A stretch of DNA of 63,934 bases, filler included, from Lenisia limosa (taxonomy: Eukaryota; Protista; Breviatea), in NCBI GenBank assembly GCA_001655205.1. It is 8 parts of 8 records of this genome, joined end to end, with 100 filler letters (N's around TTAATTAATTAA, not from the genome) between each part and the next. Parts side by side here need not be neighbours in the genome. Positions count along the whole stretch, not along the records: positions 37,917 to 39,856 come from LPNZ01000733.1; positions 39,957 to 42,190 come from LPNZ01002017.1; positions 42,291 to 56,789 come from LPNZ01000658.1; 5 more parts are not named here. One strand, 5' to 3'. The translations under genes and the position numbers were made by a program. How positions within the stretch are numbered: position 1 is the first letter of the stretch; each line of letters starts with the position of its first letter. Shown piece by piece: positions 39,761 to 52,899 of this stretch. The notes beneath the pieces were generated by a model. The model saw nothing but the letters and a program-made list of their open reading frames with translations. It ran no database searches and was not told the DNA's origin.

Positions 39761-40299
39761 TGGGAAAATTGATCAATACTTTCAAAATTATTAAATCACA
39801 TTATTAGAGTCAAAAATACTATATTACAGAGACAATTACGTCTTGCTGGCCTTTTTNNNNNNNNNNNNNNNNNNNNNNNNNNNNNNNNNNNNNNNNNNNN
39901 TTAATTAATTAANNNNNNNNNNNNNNNNNNNNNNNNNNNNNNNNNNNNNNNNNNNNTTTGCCTTACAACTCTGTGAAAACCGTTTTCTGTGTGCCTCCCC
40001 ACCACCTTCTCCTTTCATAGATATAACCCCCCTCGCAACTCTCCGTTTACAGAGTACCAATATCACCACCACTCCTTTCATATATCCTGAAATCACAAAT
40101 CCTCTCCCCCTTGATATAACCAATACTAACACTAACACGATATATACATACATGTATTTGATTAATACCTTACCTTACTGATAAAAGTTACAGCAAAAAC
40201 CCCACCAATAAATCTGTTACTACCTCTATACTTCCATTTCAAACACCCACCCTCCACCCAGGTACGCTGTTTATGAGATAATACCCACGATACCCCCTG

Positions 40300-40410
40300 A
40301 CCCTCCACCTCCCACGCGCCATCATAATACTCCCCGACCCTCCACCTCCCACGCGCCATCATAATACTCCCCGAACCTCCACCTCCCACGCGTCATCAAA
40401 ATACTCCCAC
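40300..40410. repeat. 37-bp minisatellite, about 3 copies, in poly(A) polymerase intron
   Basis: Unit ACCCTCCACCTCCCACGCGCCATCATAATACTCCCCG repeated head-to-tail without spacers. Confidence 0.85.
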
Positions 40411-40644
40411 CCCCACAAAACGATATACATAAAAGTTGTGGGTGGCACTTGGGAATAGAGGGAGTTGCATCGCTTCATTTCATCACCCTTTTCTTTTTTT
40501 GGTTGTGGCTTTCAATTCATTCGTTTTTTTTTTTGCCATCTTTTCACCTCACAATCAATTCCCATTCTGGGTCTCAAAACGCTCACATTACCAGAGGAAC
40601 ACCTCCAAGACCCTCAAAGGGCCCAATGGTCAACAAATGTGCAT

Positions 40645-41260
40645 GTGTAACTAGGGGTGCAAACCTGCCGAAGGTGAAGATCGAACCTCCAACTTCCGCT
40701 GCCGCTGACTCCGGAATGTTCTGGGTGGTTAGAAAGTTGATGACTGGGGATGTTTTGGGTGGTAAGAACATGTCATGTTGCGAGGGGCTTTGCGTTTACT
40801 TGATGGTCAAAAGGAGACGAGGAGTTGAGGATACAAACGTATTTATTGACATGTGCGTACATTGGGAAGAACAAACAAAAGAGCAAATACATAAAGGTGC
40901 TCCATAAAGTTGTTCCAACGAAGGAATAGTGATTTAGGAGAATGGAATGTGTTTCATGAAAGTTGCTCATAATTCAACTTCAAGCAAAAATCTTTCACCC
41001 CCAAAACATTTGCAATAGCGACGTTATAGACCCATTTCTTGACCATCGTGTTTAGGAAAATGAGAACTCGTTCACGCCTTTCTCTCTCTTCATCACCTTC
41101 ATAAAGGTTATCGTCTCTTAATCGTTGAATAAGACGCTCTAGAGAGGGGGTTAGAAAGCAGATTCCATGACTTTATCTTCAAACTGGTGTTTTCTTGGTC
41201 TCTCTCTGTTGGTCCGTCGATAGACATCGGAGCAGTGATTCCAGGGTACTTCGACGTCAT
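40645..41260 (-). CDS. PAP1: Canonical poly(A) polymerase, N-terminal exons (3' truncated by contig edge)
   Basis: Spliced MTSKYPGITAPMSIDGPTERDQENT|KRLIQRLRDDNLYEGDEERERRERVLIFLNTMVKKWVYNVAIAN|NIPESAAAEVGGSIFTFG matches the PAP N-terminus (YGITxPIS...GGKIFTFGS). Confidence 0.88.
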
Positions 41261-41541
41261 CGTGCTTGAAACACGTTTGACAACGGACTACTTTTTGACG
41301 ATTCCTCCAGCTACTGTGACCCTACACCTTCTGTATATGATGCAATGTTTATAATACTCACTGTTAAACGTTTTAAAAGGGTCAGATTTAGAAAAAAATA
41401 CACAAGAACGTTAACACTCCGTCACGGGTAGTCTTTGAAACCTGATTTTTGCGCGATTTCATGAAGAGCAGTGAGTGCAGTGACATTTACACACACAAAG
41501 ATATATAGATTGATTTTCTGATTGACTTATTAGCTTTAACA

Positions 41542-41876
41542 ATGGCCGCTATTTCACCCAAAATTGCTAGTCTTCTTACTCGCCAAATCTCCAAGGAGCT
41601 TTACTCTCATAATCTGTATATGGCGAAAGTAAGAGCATTTTTGATAAGAAGATAATTCTAATATTATCAGGCCCTTTGGTTCGACGTAAAGAACTACACT
41701 GGCATTGGAACCTGGTTTAAAGCCCAAGCTCAGGAAGAATTACTGGTAAGATAACTGGCAAAACACATATAGTGATATTCCCCAAATTAATCTTGTTCAT
41801 ACTTGCCTGCAATTCACCTTCTCAGCATGCCTATAAGATGATGGATCATTTGGTTCTCAGAGGAGAGACCCCCGAG
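41542..41876 (+). CDS. ftnA: Prokaryotic-type non-haem ferritin (FtnA-like), N-terminal exons; remainder not seen
   Basis: Spliced MAAISPKIASLLTRQISKELYSHNLYMAK|ALWFDVKNYTGIGTWFKAQAQEELL|HAYKMMDHLVLRGETPE. Ferroxidase residues (ELYS, EExxH) present; two GT-AG introns. Confidence 0.88.
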
Positions 41877-42290
41877 GTGAGAGCCGCGGTTTACCTTGAT
41901 TGGAACGGATAGGATCACCATTCTCACTCAAGCCCTTCTTCTTCTTTTCAGTTTTTGCCTTTTCAAATCAGAAATTGAATGGCAGATTGTTTTTGTTTTT
42001 TAAAGCGAAAAACATAATGAACATGACATTATCCCTCTGGCAAATACGAAAACAGTTATTTTGACTTTTGATAAGAAATAAACCTAAGGTTGTATCTGGC
42101 CGAAGCCGTTCACACCATCACGCTTATAAGACATTTGGATTGTAGTGTCTGGCCGAAGCCGTGAGAGACATTGGGCTATGTTATTGTTTCNNNNNNNNNN
42201 NNNNNNNNNNNNNNNNNNNNNNNNNNNNNNNNNNTTAATTAATTAANNNNNNNNNNNNNNNNNNNNNNNNNNNNNNNNNNNNNNNNNNNN

Positions 42291-45200
42291 GCACCTTGGA
42301 ACGCGTCCACTGTCGCCACCTGTTACGTCAGTTAGCCACTTACTCGGTACTATGTAATACTCTAAGAGAAAAATGTGTATCGGACAGAACTACCATCAGG
42401 TGTGAATTTGAGGAAGAAAGTCACTTTCATTAGTTATAATCTGAACCGTACCTTGACACCCTCTGCCGCCCCCTCCATTTGGCGCGACAGCATTCCTGCC
42501 TGGGCCTTATACAGACAAATAACACCTAGGGCAGTGATGGAGGTGAGTTGGAGGTTGGTATATAACACCTGGGGCAGTAATGGAGTTGGGAGGTTGGTAT
42601 ATAATCATGGCAAAAGAAATAACTTGCAAAGAAGTCCATATTGGTATGCTATTCCTCAAGCATGCCGGAGACAAATTCGTTAAACATCCCCATACCAATT
42701 TGATTTGGACTGATACCATTGTCCAGAAGGAGCCGAACCGTCGTAGTGCAAACTCCAGCCTCATACTAAACTGTCAGGCCTGTTTTGGCAGTTGTATTGA
42801 AAAGATGTAAAGTTGTATGGCAACAAAGTTCATACTACGTATCCAAGAGCACACAACACGAATATCAAGGGTGTCAAAAAGCTTGCTATTCATTAAATAT
42901 TACTCAAATAGATCTGTATCTTGCACTCTCCTTTTATTATCTGAAGAAAAGTTCCCTACCTGGTTTGTGTAGGAACCACCAGGAGTTTTACGTTCTTCAC
43001 CAGTAACAGTATCCAAGAGACACTAGATCGTAATGAAGAAAAGGAAAAAGGAAGGAAGCGATACCACGTAATGCCACTACTCTGACACTTGGCGTGTCCA
43101 CATATTTAGTTCAAAAGACAAGAACACAAAAAAGACAGGGCAAAACACCGAAAACAAGAGGATTGGCAAACCAGAGTCGGCAGCCCAGGGAGAAGTGGGC
43201 TTCGTGAGTTCATGGTAACACCATCAGACAGTTTGTTGTCATAGAAGAGAGTGTTGGAAAGCCGGGAGAGAAGAGGGTGGAGACGATATTGGATGGACAT
43301 CATGACCTGGCAATGTAAGCTTCATCAAGTGAAGTTATTAGGAAATATTAATCCTTCATGATACACATGCTTGACAACACAAAACCACACCTCCCCCGCT
43401 CCAAGGCAACCCCCTAACAGGATCAACTCCCATATTCTGCATACGCACGAAAAGGGGCCTTGAGAGTCCGAGTAAAGCGTCTGGGTGTCTTCCCTTTCAA
43501 GTCAGCAATGATATGCATTTGTAAAATACCCAAAGATCCAAGGATTCTGATGGTAAACAGTCCCTTATTCCAAAATAAATCATTGAGAACATATCAATAA
43601 ATCAATTTTGCCATCCCCCCACCTTGACGGCAGGCGGCAATTGAAGGGGATCACCAACCAACACGCTGGCAACAGCCCCAAATTTGGTCAAAGGAAGCAG
43701 GCTGAGCGGTTCAATCATTTGCGATGCCTACAAGGTGAGGTCTAAAGCCTTGATAAGTACGTAATATCAATTATTTTAATCTGTTCTTGGAACCAGCTTA
43801 GTATGTATCGTGGCTCATAAAAGCTTTTATATCATGGTTCTTAAAAGATTTCAGGATCTATTCAACAGAGGGTACACATATAAAAATAAATTGTATTATT
43901 CAATTAAACTCTCCAAATTGCCTCCTCTACTCTCATGATGAAATGAGCAATTCGAAAGAAAAGCAACCCTCTTGTCTATCAGCCCACCTCATCAAGAATA
44001 ACAAGATCAAACGTGCTCTTATTTAGCACCTAAGTCGTGAAATTGGAAGAGTATACTAAGAGCTTTCCTAGGGTCTTAAAAACTGGAAATCTTAACAATC
44101 TTTTGGTCCCACAGGAAAGACTTAATCGTATGCTATCTTTGTGAGAGATGAATTGAATTAGAGAACAAAACGATTCCCAATAATGCTCGCGGGTAGAAGG
44201 GCAATTAAGACCAAAGTTAGGAAGCTATTGTTTCCCCCCAGCAGTGAATCGATCTAAACCAGTTTCTACCTGGCCGACCTCAAAGGCGCAGGCGTAGCAC
44301 GTGGTACCGACGACCGACGCCGATTTTAGCCGCGTGGACTTCCTCTTCGTGTTCCCGTTTTGAATGTCCTGGTTGTCAATTGGGGCGAGGACAAGAAAAG
44401 TACCGGGTTCGACAAAAGAGAACAACAGACGAGTGCACTTCAAATATGAAGGGAGGTTGTCGAAGTGACTAATAACCCACATTTATAGCATTGGTTATGT
44501 AGAGCTTGTCCCTTTCGGAGATGCTGGGGTCAGCCATGGCCTTGCGAAGTTCTGCCAGTGCCTCCATGTCTCCGGCCTATACGGTTAAAAGGAAAAAAAT
44601 GTTATGATATTTATATAAACCCAGATACTAACTTATTTTTTATTTGCTATATCATATACAATATACGTAAACCCAAAACAACGCTTTTGGCTTAACACTT
44701 GACCCACGAGGGTTGAAAACAACAAAAATAAACAAACAAAAAAGCTCACGCCAGTCGGTAAAACAGCAAAGAATATTTCGATGATAAGTCTGTTTTGATC
44801 AAAACCTATCAACTTGACATCCATTATTGCCCCCCCCCCCCAACCTTTCCAGCCCTGTCATGGAGTGTGAAGGGAAGAACAGAACGGGCAATCCTGGACA
44901 GGCTTCCAACTCGGACAAGATTGGTGAAGTCCTCTTCAATGAGGCCGATCATAATGCGGTCTACTGCAACGTTCGTGGCTGCTGCAATCTATCATGTTAG
45001 AGGGACTATGGCCATGTGCTGGGTAGGGACGTTGTTTCCCCATGTTTTGTCCTTTAAAAAATATAGCTACTTGCTATATTCATCAAACACCATGTACTCT
45101 CTTATCTGAACATCTGACTCAACACAAGACAAATGTCACCCACCAGGATTCTTGGTGACGTTTTAGCCTTAGTGTTCTTCAGGTCGGAAAAGGCCTGGAT

Positions 45201-48200
45201 CAGTTTCACCAATGTCGACGACTTTCCTGCTCCGAACACTCCATGAACAAGGCTGACCCCAGGGTTGCTACATATATGGTAAGGAAGGTTGCTACATACA
45301 TGGTAAGGAAGGTTGCTATATGGTAAGGAAGGTTGAAGGTTGCGATATGTTGAGAAAAATTGCAGGGTTGAAAACTGCAATAAGGTAAGAACAATTGCTA
45401 TCTCGAAAACAATAATTCTTTCAAAAATCCTCTTTCCAAATCACCCGTCAAATAACTGTAAATAACAGTCAATACCCCCCCTCCTCACTCCTTAGAGGTA
45501 TCATCATCTCGGCAAGAGAGCAAGCTGCATGCCTTCATACACGCCTCTTTTTGTTGGGGGTTTAGCAGGTGGTTTGATAAAAGTCTCTCGAACTCCGCCA
45601 TAACTAAATATTTATAATGAAATTTTGCTTCTGGATCATCATAACCCTATCTGCAACACTTTGTTGGTACATTAAATGAACATCCACCCATAATATTTGT
45701 AATGCACATGACATACAATGGATCACAAGTACAAGCGTGGTATACACTTGGACCCCTACCTGTGCTCCTGTCAGCCTTGTCAAACACAACACGATCATTT
45801 TCGGCCTTAAGTGAGCCCGTATCCAACAGAGACGTGATAACAGGGGCAACGCTAGTTGGTTCCTGGGGGTTCGAATGAAACAAATATCCATGTAACATAA
45901 ACTCTGAGAGCAAAGACTCCTTTTATATGTATGTATGTACATATTACGGATATGTTGGAGCAACCTCAGAAATTGAGCGGAGATGATCGGTCATGATGAG
46001 ATCGGACATTGAAGGTGCCACTCGAAGGGCGTACACCTGATCGTTAAGCGATGCTCAGATACAAGGTCTTGAATGTACCCGCGATGATGTGTTTTCTTAG
46101 AAAAAAGAAATATCACATTATATGTGTTAGTATCTAAAAATAAGAGATTTGTCAAATATCCCCAGCTGAATCTGTCGATATCCCCACTGAATCTGTCTGG
46201 TATACAAAAGCAGACCCCCCAACAGGTCTGTTTGTGGGTGAAAATGGAAGGTCCTTATCAAGCAGTTTCATTTCAATCAAGCCCCTACCGTCATCCTACA
46301 GAAATTAATGGGTTGACTTTGGTGCAGATTATATAATCATTACTATAATATATCGATATTGAGAAAAAGCTGCGAAATTTAAGAAAAATAAACACAATAA
46401 AAAATGACATGAGTGAAACAGTGGGTAGCCGTGACTCCAGCTTGGCAAAATACGATTCTGTTCTAGTCTTTGTACCTTGATGTCCAAAAAATAATAATAC
46501 GGATGTATGGTGGAAATAGTGTGAAACACCAACCCCTTCAATACCTTCCTGACGGGACCAAAATAAACAGCCCGAAGCAGAACCGAAGTTTGAGGAGGGA
46601 AATATGGCGAGTTGGAAACGACCCACAAGTCATCCCGGCTATAACGTTCGGCCTTTTCCACCCTTGAAATCATGAGGAAGTAGGCGGTACCGTTGTCGCC
46701 ATCCTTGTTGGGCCGCACTTGCAGTTCGCAGCGGCCGTACCAGTCAAAGTTGCACTCTCGACGTAATGTCATTTGTGCAGCTGGGGGAATAATGGGTTAA
46801 TAAACAAGCAGCCGCATTATAGGTGGAATTATGGTGCACTGACCCCCAAATTTAATGAAGCCGGTTCCAAGAACCTTGAGTCAGTTCTAAAAAGAAGCAG
46901 AGATCATGAATTGAACATTAGATGCCCACATTTTGCGGCTTGGGATTCTTGAGGTCCGGCCTTTGGGAACCGCACAACTGCACCCTCATCCGCTGCAAGG
47001 TGTCAGGAGAAATGCATGGATTTATTGGGAGGAAGGGGAATGAGTGGCAGCAAAACGTTTATACATCTGTGTGAAACGTTTGAGGAAGTATTTAAAATGT
47101 TGCTATGTGTATTTAACTCAAGGAAAGTTGAATAATACATTTTGATGTAGCTGCCAACCCCATTTAAAAAATTTGCAGCGCTGCTTCATTGGTAGAGGGC
47201 AAGCGTAGAACTCTCGACCCTCGTTCTTTCCAGCCTTTTGTACCTTGATTGGGACAATTAGAAGGAATCAGTAACTTTTTGTTGCAACATCCCTGTTTCT
47301 CAAAGAGAGAAGTGAAGCACTTGGAGAAGAATAGGACCCCATTTGCCAAGTTCCCGAGAGTTGCTTCCTATTAGAAGCCTACCGTGACCTTTTTCGACAT
47401 TTCACCACATGTGCACTTTGGTCTACAGGAATAAGAAGTCTCCCTACTTCGTTTCATATAATACGATAATCATAAATATATCCGTATGGATAAAATATAA
47501 ACTTCACTTAATAGGATTCATAGTGAAAAGATTATTGCAGCAGATCGATTGTCATATTCAGAGCAAAGAGCAGCTCTCCACCAACTTTGTTAAAGAGACG
47601 TCAAGCGGCATGGTCGGCAAATGCTGGTAGAACTTGTTGCTTCTGACACATTTGTGAAACTTTTCAGCAGCCTCCAGAAGAGTGAACCCTATTTCTTCCT
47701 CCATCGCATTGAGCATTGCTGTTCCATATGCTTTGATGTTGGTGTAGCTGTGGGGAGTTAATTGTTAGAAGACATGTTTGAGTCACGTCAAAGCAGATAG
47801 CTTTGTTGAAAACTAATAGACAATACTGAAGAACAGAATACAGCATTTACCCAGACCTGGTTGGGATAGAGACTTTCGCTGGAGGCGCCGACTTACTAAA
47901 GAGTCAGGAATGTGATGAATAGTTGCATGACCTATGGCCGACCCAACAGCCCACGTTCCATTTTTCATGACAAGAAGATCCTCAATTTGCTCAGGACTCG
48001 GGAAGACAAGGCCAATCTGCTCAAAAATCAGACGGTTTGTAAGGTTGTTGGCTATATACAGCCACAAATTCACCAGGAAAACTATCACACATATCATCTT
48101 TTGAAATATGAGAAAGCCATCATCAAACTAATTGTGTTTTGAAGAAAAAATGGAAACATATTCCCACTATGATTGATAAAAGAGGTAAAGAAAAGATGCT

Positions 48201-51098
48201 TCACCAAACCTTTGAGGGGGCCTGGGGCCTGGTGGCGGTTTGTTGTTGAGATGTAGGCTTCAGTTTATGTAGGGGCTGGCTCGAGATAACTCCTAAAGAA
48301 ATGTGAAGGTGAAAATGTTGAACAGTATGGGGGTATACAAAATAAGACTACAGCAAGTTTGCGCAGTTTTTATTGCCCATTGTTCACACTATATCATATC
48401 ATATGTTGTAAGTCCAATGATTAGGTGAATTAATATTAGACTATAATTCAATTTCTCTTATAAGAGTGATGGTGTGGACGGCTTCGACCAGATTCTACGT
48501 TATTTTTTTTTATGTCTCATTGCTAAAAAACTCACTCAGATTGGTCTCAAAACCCACTCTCAGATTGGTGCCTTTTGGCCATGGTGAAACTTGACGCCAT
48601 GGGGATTTCAACGTCATCATCAGATTCCTGACGAAATGAACCTGGTTCCAATTGTGCCGTGTTTTTCATTTCAAAAGAATATGGGTAATGTCAAAACCTA
48701 TCTGCTCACCTCTTCTATTGATGGTTCGTGGCAGGGCCCGGGTCTTTGATCAACCTGTAGCTGGGATTGGGCGCGAAGCTTCTGGGGTGGCTGGAACTGG
48801 GAGCCCAGCGTCCGGGTATTTTGTGGAATGGATCCAAACGACGAGGGCTCCGGGTGGTGGTGATCGCTTGATAGTCGGGATTGGATTATTGGAGGTGGTG
48901 ATGGAGACTGCGGTGGCGGACGTTTCAGTTCAGTTCGCGGAGGACTTGGTTCAATCGGCCCGGATTGTTCCTCTTCAAAATTTGGCTCATCATCCGGGTT
49001 CATCGGGGGCTCCTGGGATATGTCGAAATGTGGCTCTTGATACGGCTCTTCTTTCGGAACGACAGTGAATGTCTGTGAGGTAGGGGTAGGGATAATGGTG
49101 GAGTCTTGCGAGAGAGCCTCGTTGGTCTTTTGTTGGGAGAGATGACTTGAAGGAATTTGAGAAAACAAATCGTCTATCACGTTCTGAGACCACGATGGCT
49201 GGTTAGATGCTTCGGAGACTTGCGCAGATTGACTTGGAATATGGTCGGATACATTGTCCATTTCCTCCTAAGCAGCATAAAATGGTGGATTGGAGTTATA
49301 GAAGGTATATTATGGATTGTTATTTCGAACCTCTTCATTGTGTATGGAATTGTGTAATTGAAATCATAGTATACTCATATTTTATTGTTGCAAACAGCTT
49401 ATCTTTGGGTGTGACCTCTCTCTCACCTGTGACAACATTTCAACCTCATTACAGCCTCCCTCCATGTTGTACGTAATAACCTTGAGGATTTCGGTTGCTG
49501 CAACAGAATGAACTGACCATATGCATAGTTGATGAAGAATGAGTGTCATCTATTGTATAAAATGTTATCCAAATGATAGCCATTAATAGTACATAGGTAC
49601 ACATGATTGGCAAGTGGAATTCAGGCAAAAAATACAGTATCCTTCAGAAACCAGGAAATATTCGATACTGATTGAGAGTATCCTCACCCGTCCGCTTGCA
49701 AGGCCTTCTGAGTGAAGGGTGGCGTGGAAAGAGGTGTTCGGAATAGTCATAGGAGGGAAGTGAGGATACTGATGACACGCCGATGGGTGTATCTTTTCAG
49801 TTAAAAACAACAAACATGTTCAAAAACAGTTCATGGAGGTAAATACTGCCAGTGGTGAAGATATGATAATTTAAATTGAGAACAATAGTACAGGTGTAGA
49901 TCGTTTATAGTTCAAACTTGGTGGGATGGGAGCGAAGCGTGCTGCTTGGTGTACAATTGGGGAAGGGACAGGAACAAGGGAAGGGGGGGGCAGTTTCGGA
50001 CTTATCGTGTGTAGGGGACGAACGACCTCTGAGCAGTAAAACTCGCTGTAGCTTTGTCCTAAAACAGAATATACAGAAATGTATACTTGAATTACTGTGT
50101 CATATTGATACTTCAGTTTCACCACAATTCAGCATTTCATTATTTATCATTTTACTCACGTTTTCTCACAACTAAGGAGGGAGCAGGAGGAGCCGGCGGC
50201 GGTGGAGATGGTGCAGCTGGAGACGGCTCACTTGGAGGAAGTGGTGAAGGCGCCACGGGCCGAGTGGCGTGGAGGGGCTGGTTATAAGGGTTACTACTAC
50301 TATATTAATATTCAGGTTTCAAGTTTTTAATCATATACAAACCCCTTCATACGGGAAACTAATATATTAAGATATAGTTCCAAATTCCCCTATAATGCGA
50401 CAGTTACAGCCGTTAGAGGACTCAGTTCATTGAAACTGTACTCGTCAACCGCCTACCTTTATAATTCTCCGTCTGATCGTTTGTCGTGCCATAACCGGGG
50501 GTGGTGAGGCTGTCAGGGTAAAGTTGGCACAGAATGGGGGGGAGGGTTGAACTGAGCGATGGTGGACATGTGAATATGATAGAAGATGGAAAAGACTCAC
50601 GTTTGGCTTGGATTGTTGGCGCATTACTGGCATTTTCTCCTGCTGCCATGAGTACTACATAGAAGAACAAAAAATGAATCATTCTGATTCCCTCCAAAAA
50701 AATAAAATGCTGGTTAGCTTGAGGTTGTAAGATGGAAAACCAATCCCAGAAGTATGTGATCTCAACGAAAAAGGCCCCAAATCGCCAACCAAGGAGGCTT
50801 CCAACAGTCACCAAAAATCGACCGAAGTCCAATTGTGTATCTTCTTCAATAACGCCATGTCGCTTAGACCGATGGATTTCTTCAACGAATCCTCCATCCT
50901 CGTTGCTCAGGATGATCTGCAGGGGTAAAAGAAGGAAAAACTCTTATGAGTGAAACATGCACAATTTTGATAGTTATTTGCAGTACTAGTACTAAAACCA
51001 CCACGGCAGACCTTGCTGTCAGTAACCTTGACTTTTCCGTCAACCCACGACTTGTTCTTCTGCACTTTGTGCTTTGTATATAGACACTCAAACTCCAT
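42291..51098 (-). CDS. ZGRF1: ZGRF1-like protein: DUF2439 N-terminus, GRF zinc finger, SF1 (DNA2/NAM7-type) helicase; 3' truncated
   Basis: MEFECLYTKHKVQKNKSWVDGKVKV; PKCTCGEMSKKVT|VQKAGKNEGREFYACPLPMKQRCKFFKW; YSRDDLWVVS; Walker A LVHGVFGAGKS; AAATNVAVDRI; VVGTTC; QYRLHPLLSRLSNTLFY; GVICLYKAQA; TVDAFQGA at the contig end. Confidence 0.9.
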
Positions 51099-51365
51099 TC
51101 CAAAGTAGTTACATAGGAAAGAGATGTTTTTATTAGCTCCAAAAAATCATGTGTTCACAAGCTCCAATTTGGCGTACACGTAAACTATTATGGTTTTTCT
51201 TCAATTTTTGCTGATTTTGCTGCTTGGAGGAACTGAAGCAGCATTACACAGGAATACATATTTTTATTATAAATGTAGGCTTAAAGCGTATTTTGAAGTT
51301 GTCGTCGATTTCATTTCCCCCTATCTAGCTCTCTACTCTCGCTTTTTTGATCATTTAGTAGCGAA

Positions 51366-52845
51366 ATGAAGATTGTTTTCAACTTACTGAACCTTTTTGT
51401 CGGGATCCTCATCCTAGTCATTGGTTTGCTGGGGTAAACGTCCCTCCTTGGAGTATATGAGATCCAACAAGCCATACTGGGTTTCTTTTATTATATTGCC
51501 CAGTATGATAACGCTTGCTAGGGGTTGAATTCATTTGCGGGAATCTCAGACATCCGCTTGTGTCAAAAGATTCAGACATAGAGCACCATTTACCCTCTGC
51601 TAAACCACTACCAAACATTTTCTATGGAACAGTTGTGACCTATTTAGGCTGTTTCCGCTTCATTGACTTCAAGGAGTTCAATGCCACTGTCATTGGTTTC
51701 TATCTCGTCTGTGCTGGTATTGGACTCATTGTCCATGAGATTGTCGGACCTGGCNNNNNNNNNNNNNNNNNNNNNNNNNNNNNNNNNNNNNNNNNNNNNN
51801 NNNNNNNNNNNNNNNNNNNNNNNNNNNNNNNNNNNNNNNTGACGGTTCGAAAGACTTTTCCGTGTCTTTTAAATAAAAGGCTCAGATTATATCTTTTATT
51901 GGATACCCTACTACAAGATATTCCTAGATCCTTGAACCTTGTCAGTTCGCGTCTGATAAATTAGTTCATCAGTCAATGGTTTCCCTTCCTCAACAACTGG
52001 TTCGGCCGCGGTTCAACTTACTTCATGTAAGCGGCTTTTCTTCTTCGACTCAAATAGGTCCAACTATTAAAGAACCTGTTTTTCTTACCAGAATGAAGCA
52101 CTCTATTTTTTTTGTGATGAATGAATGACGAATTAACATTGAATTCTCCCAAGGCTGGCTTGTTTTTGTGTTTCTGTCATCTGATTTTTGTCTAATTCCA
52201 GCGTTGGTTGCTCGTTTTTGTGATTGCTTGTTTTTTGTTTTTTGTTTGGGGTTTCAGATTATTCGGTTCGTGATTAGAACCTTTATGTCAATATTCTTCA
52301 TCGAAATTCCATTCGTTTTGTTCGCTGGAGTTATGAGATGCGGTGCCCAGGGCTGTGTTTGTTGTTATCAACCCTCGTGTGTTGTCAGCCAACTGAGTTG
52401 ATTTTGGACTCCACCCTCGCTCCCCAAACCTGTCCTTCCATCAAGGAAGCGTGGACTCCCTGCTTTGAATGGTCTTTATTTTGTTTCTGCATCCTTAGAA
52501 TTGCATCTTACACTTTCTTTTCTTGTTGAACTGACCCGTTAGCATGTCTTGTATGGTCGTGGGCTACAACCCTGCTGGCAACATTATCGGCATTGTAACC
52601 TACATCATCTCGATCGTTTGGATCGTTTTCTTCTTTGTCAAGGCTTTTGAGTTCCCCGGCCCAATTGCCGGCTCTGGTACGAGGGATTCTGAGCACATTT
52701 TGGAAAAGATGTGGTAAATAGTTGAGGTCGAAAGTAGCTATCCATATTTCAAGTGCACTATTTCAATGTTCATTTTTTTTGAAGGAGGTATTTTGTGATT
52801 ATTGACTGTTCTTACCTATTAGGAGGACCTACCGCTGCGGTTTAA
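51366..52845 (+). CDS. Small multi-pass Golgi membrane protein, TVP15/COPI-associated family
   Basis: Spliced MKIVFNLLNLFVGILILVIG|CFRF..VIGFYLVCAGIGLIVHEIV..QWFPFLNNWFGRGSTYF..GNIIGIVTYIISIVWIVFFFV. The FPFLxxWxGRG motif is typical of the family. Confidence 0.6.
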
Positions 52846-52899
52846 GATGTTTGGGATATTTTGGGATAGTTGTTAAATGTATAACAGGAGGGTTAAAAT

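Noticed and set aside
40300-40410. 37-bp and 34-bp (61217) repeats as CRISPR arrays
   Set aside because: Head-to-tail units with no unique spacers, in eukaryotic introns, and no cas genes.
48652-49357. Plus-strand ORFs overlapping ZGRF1 (and similar antisense ORFs in the track)
   Set aside because: Shadow ORFs opposite low-complexity Pro/Ser/Gln-rich exons; no independent support.
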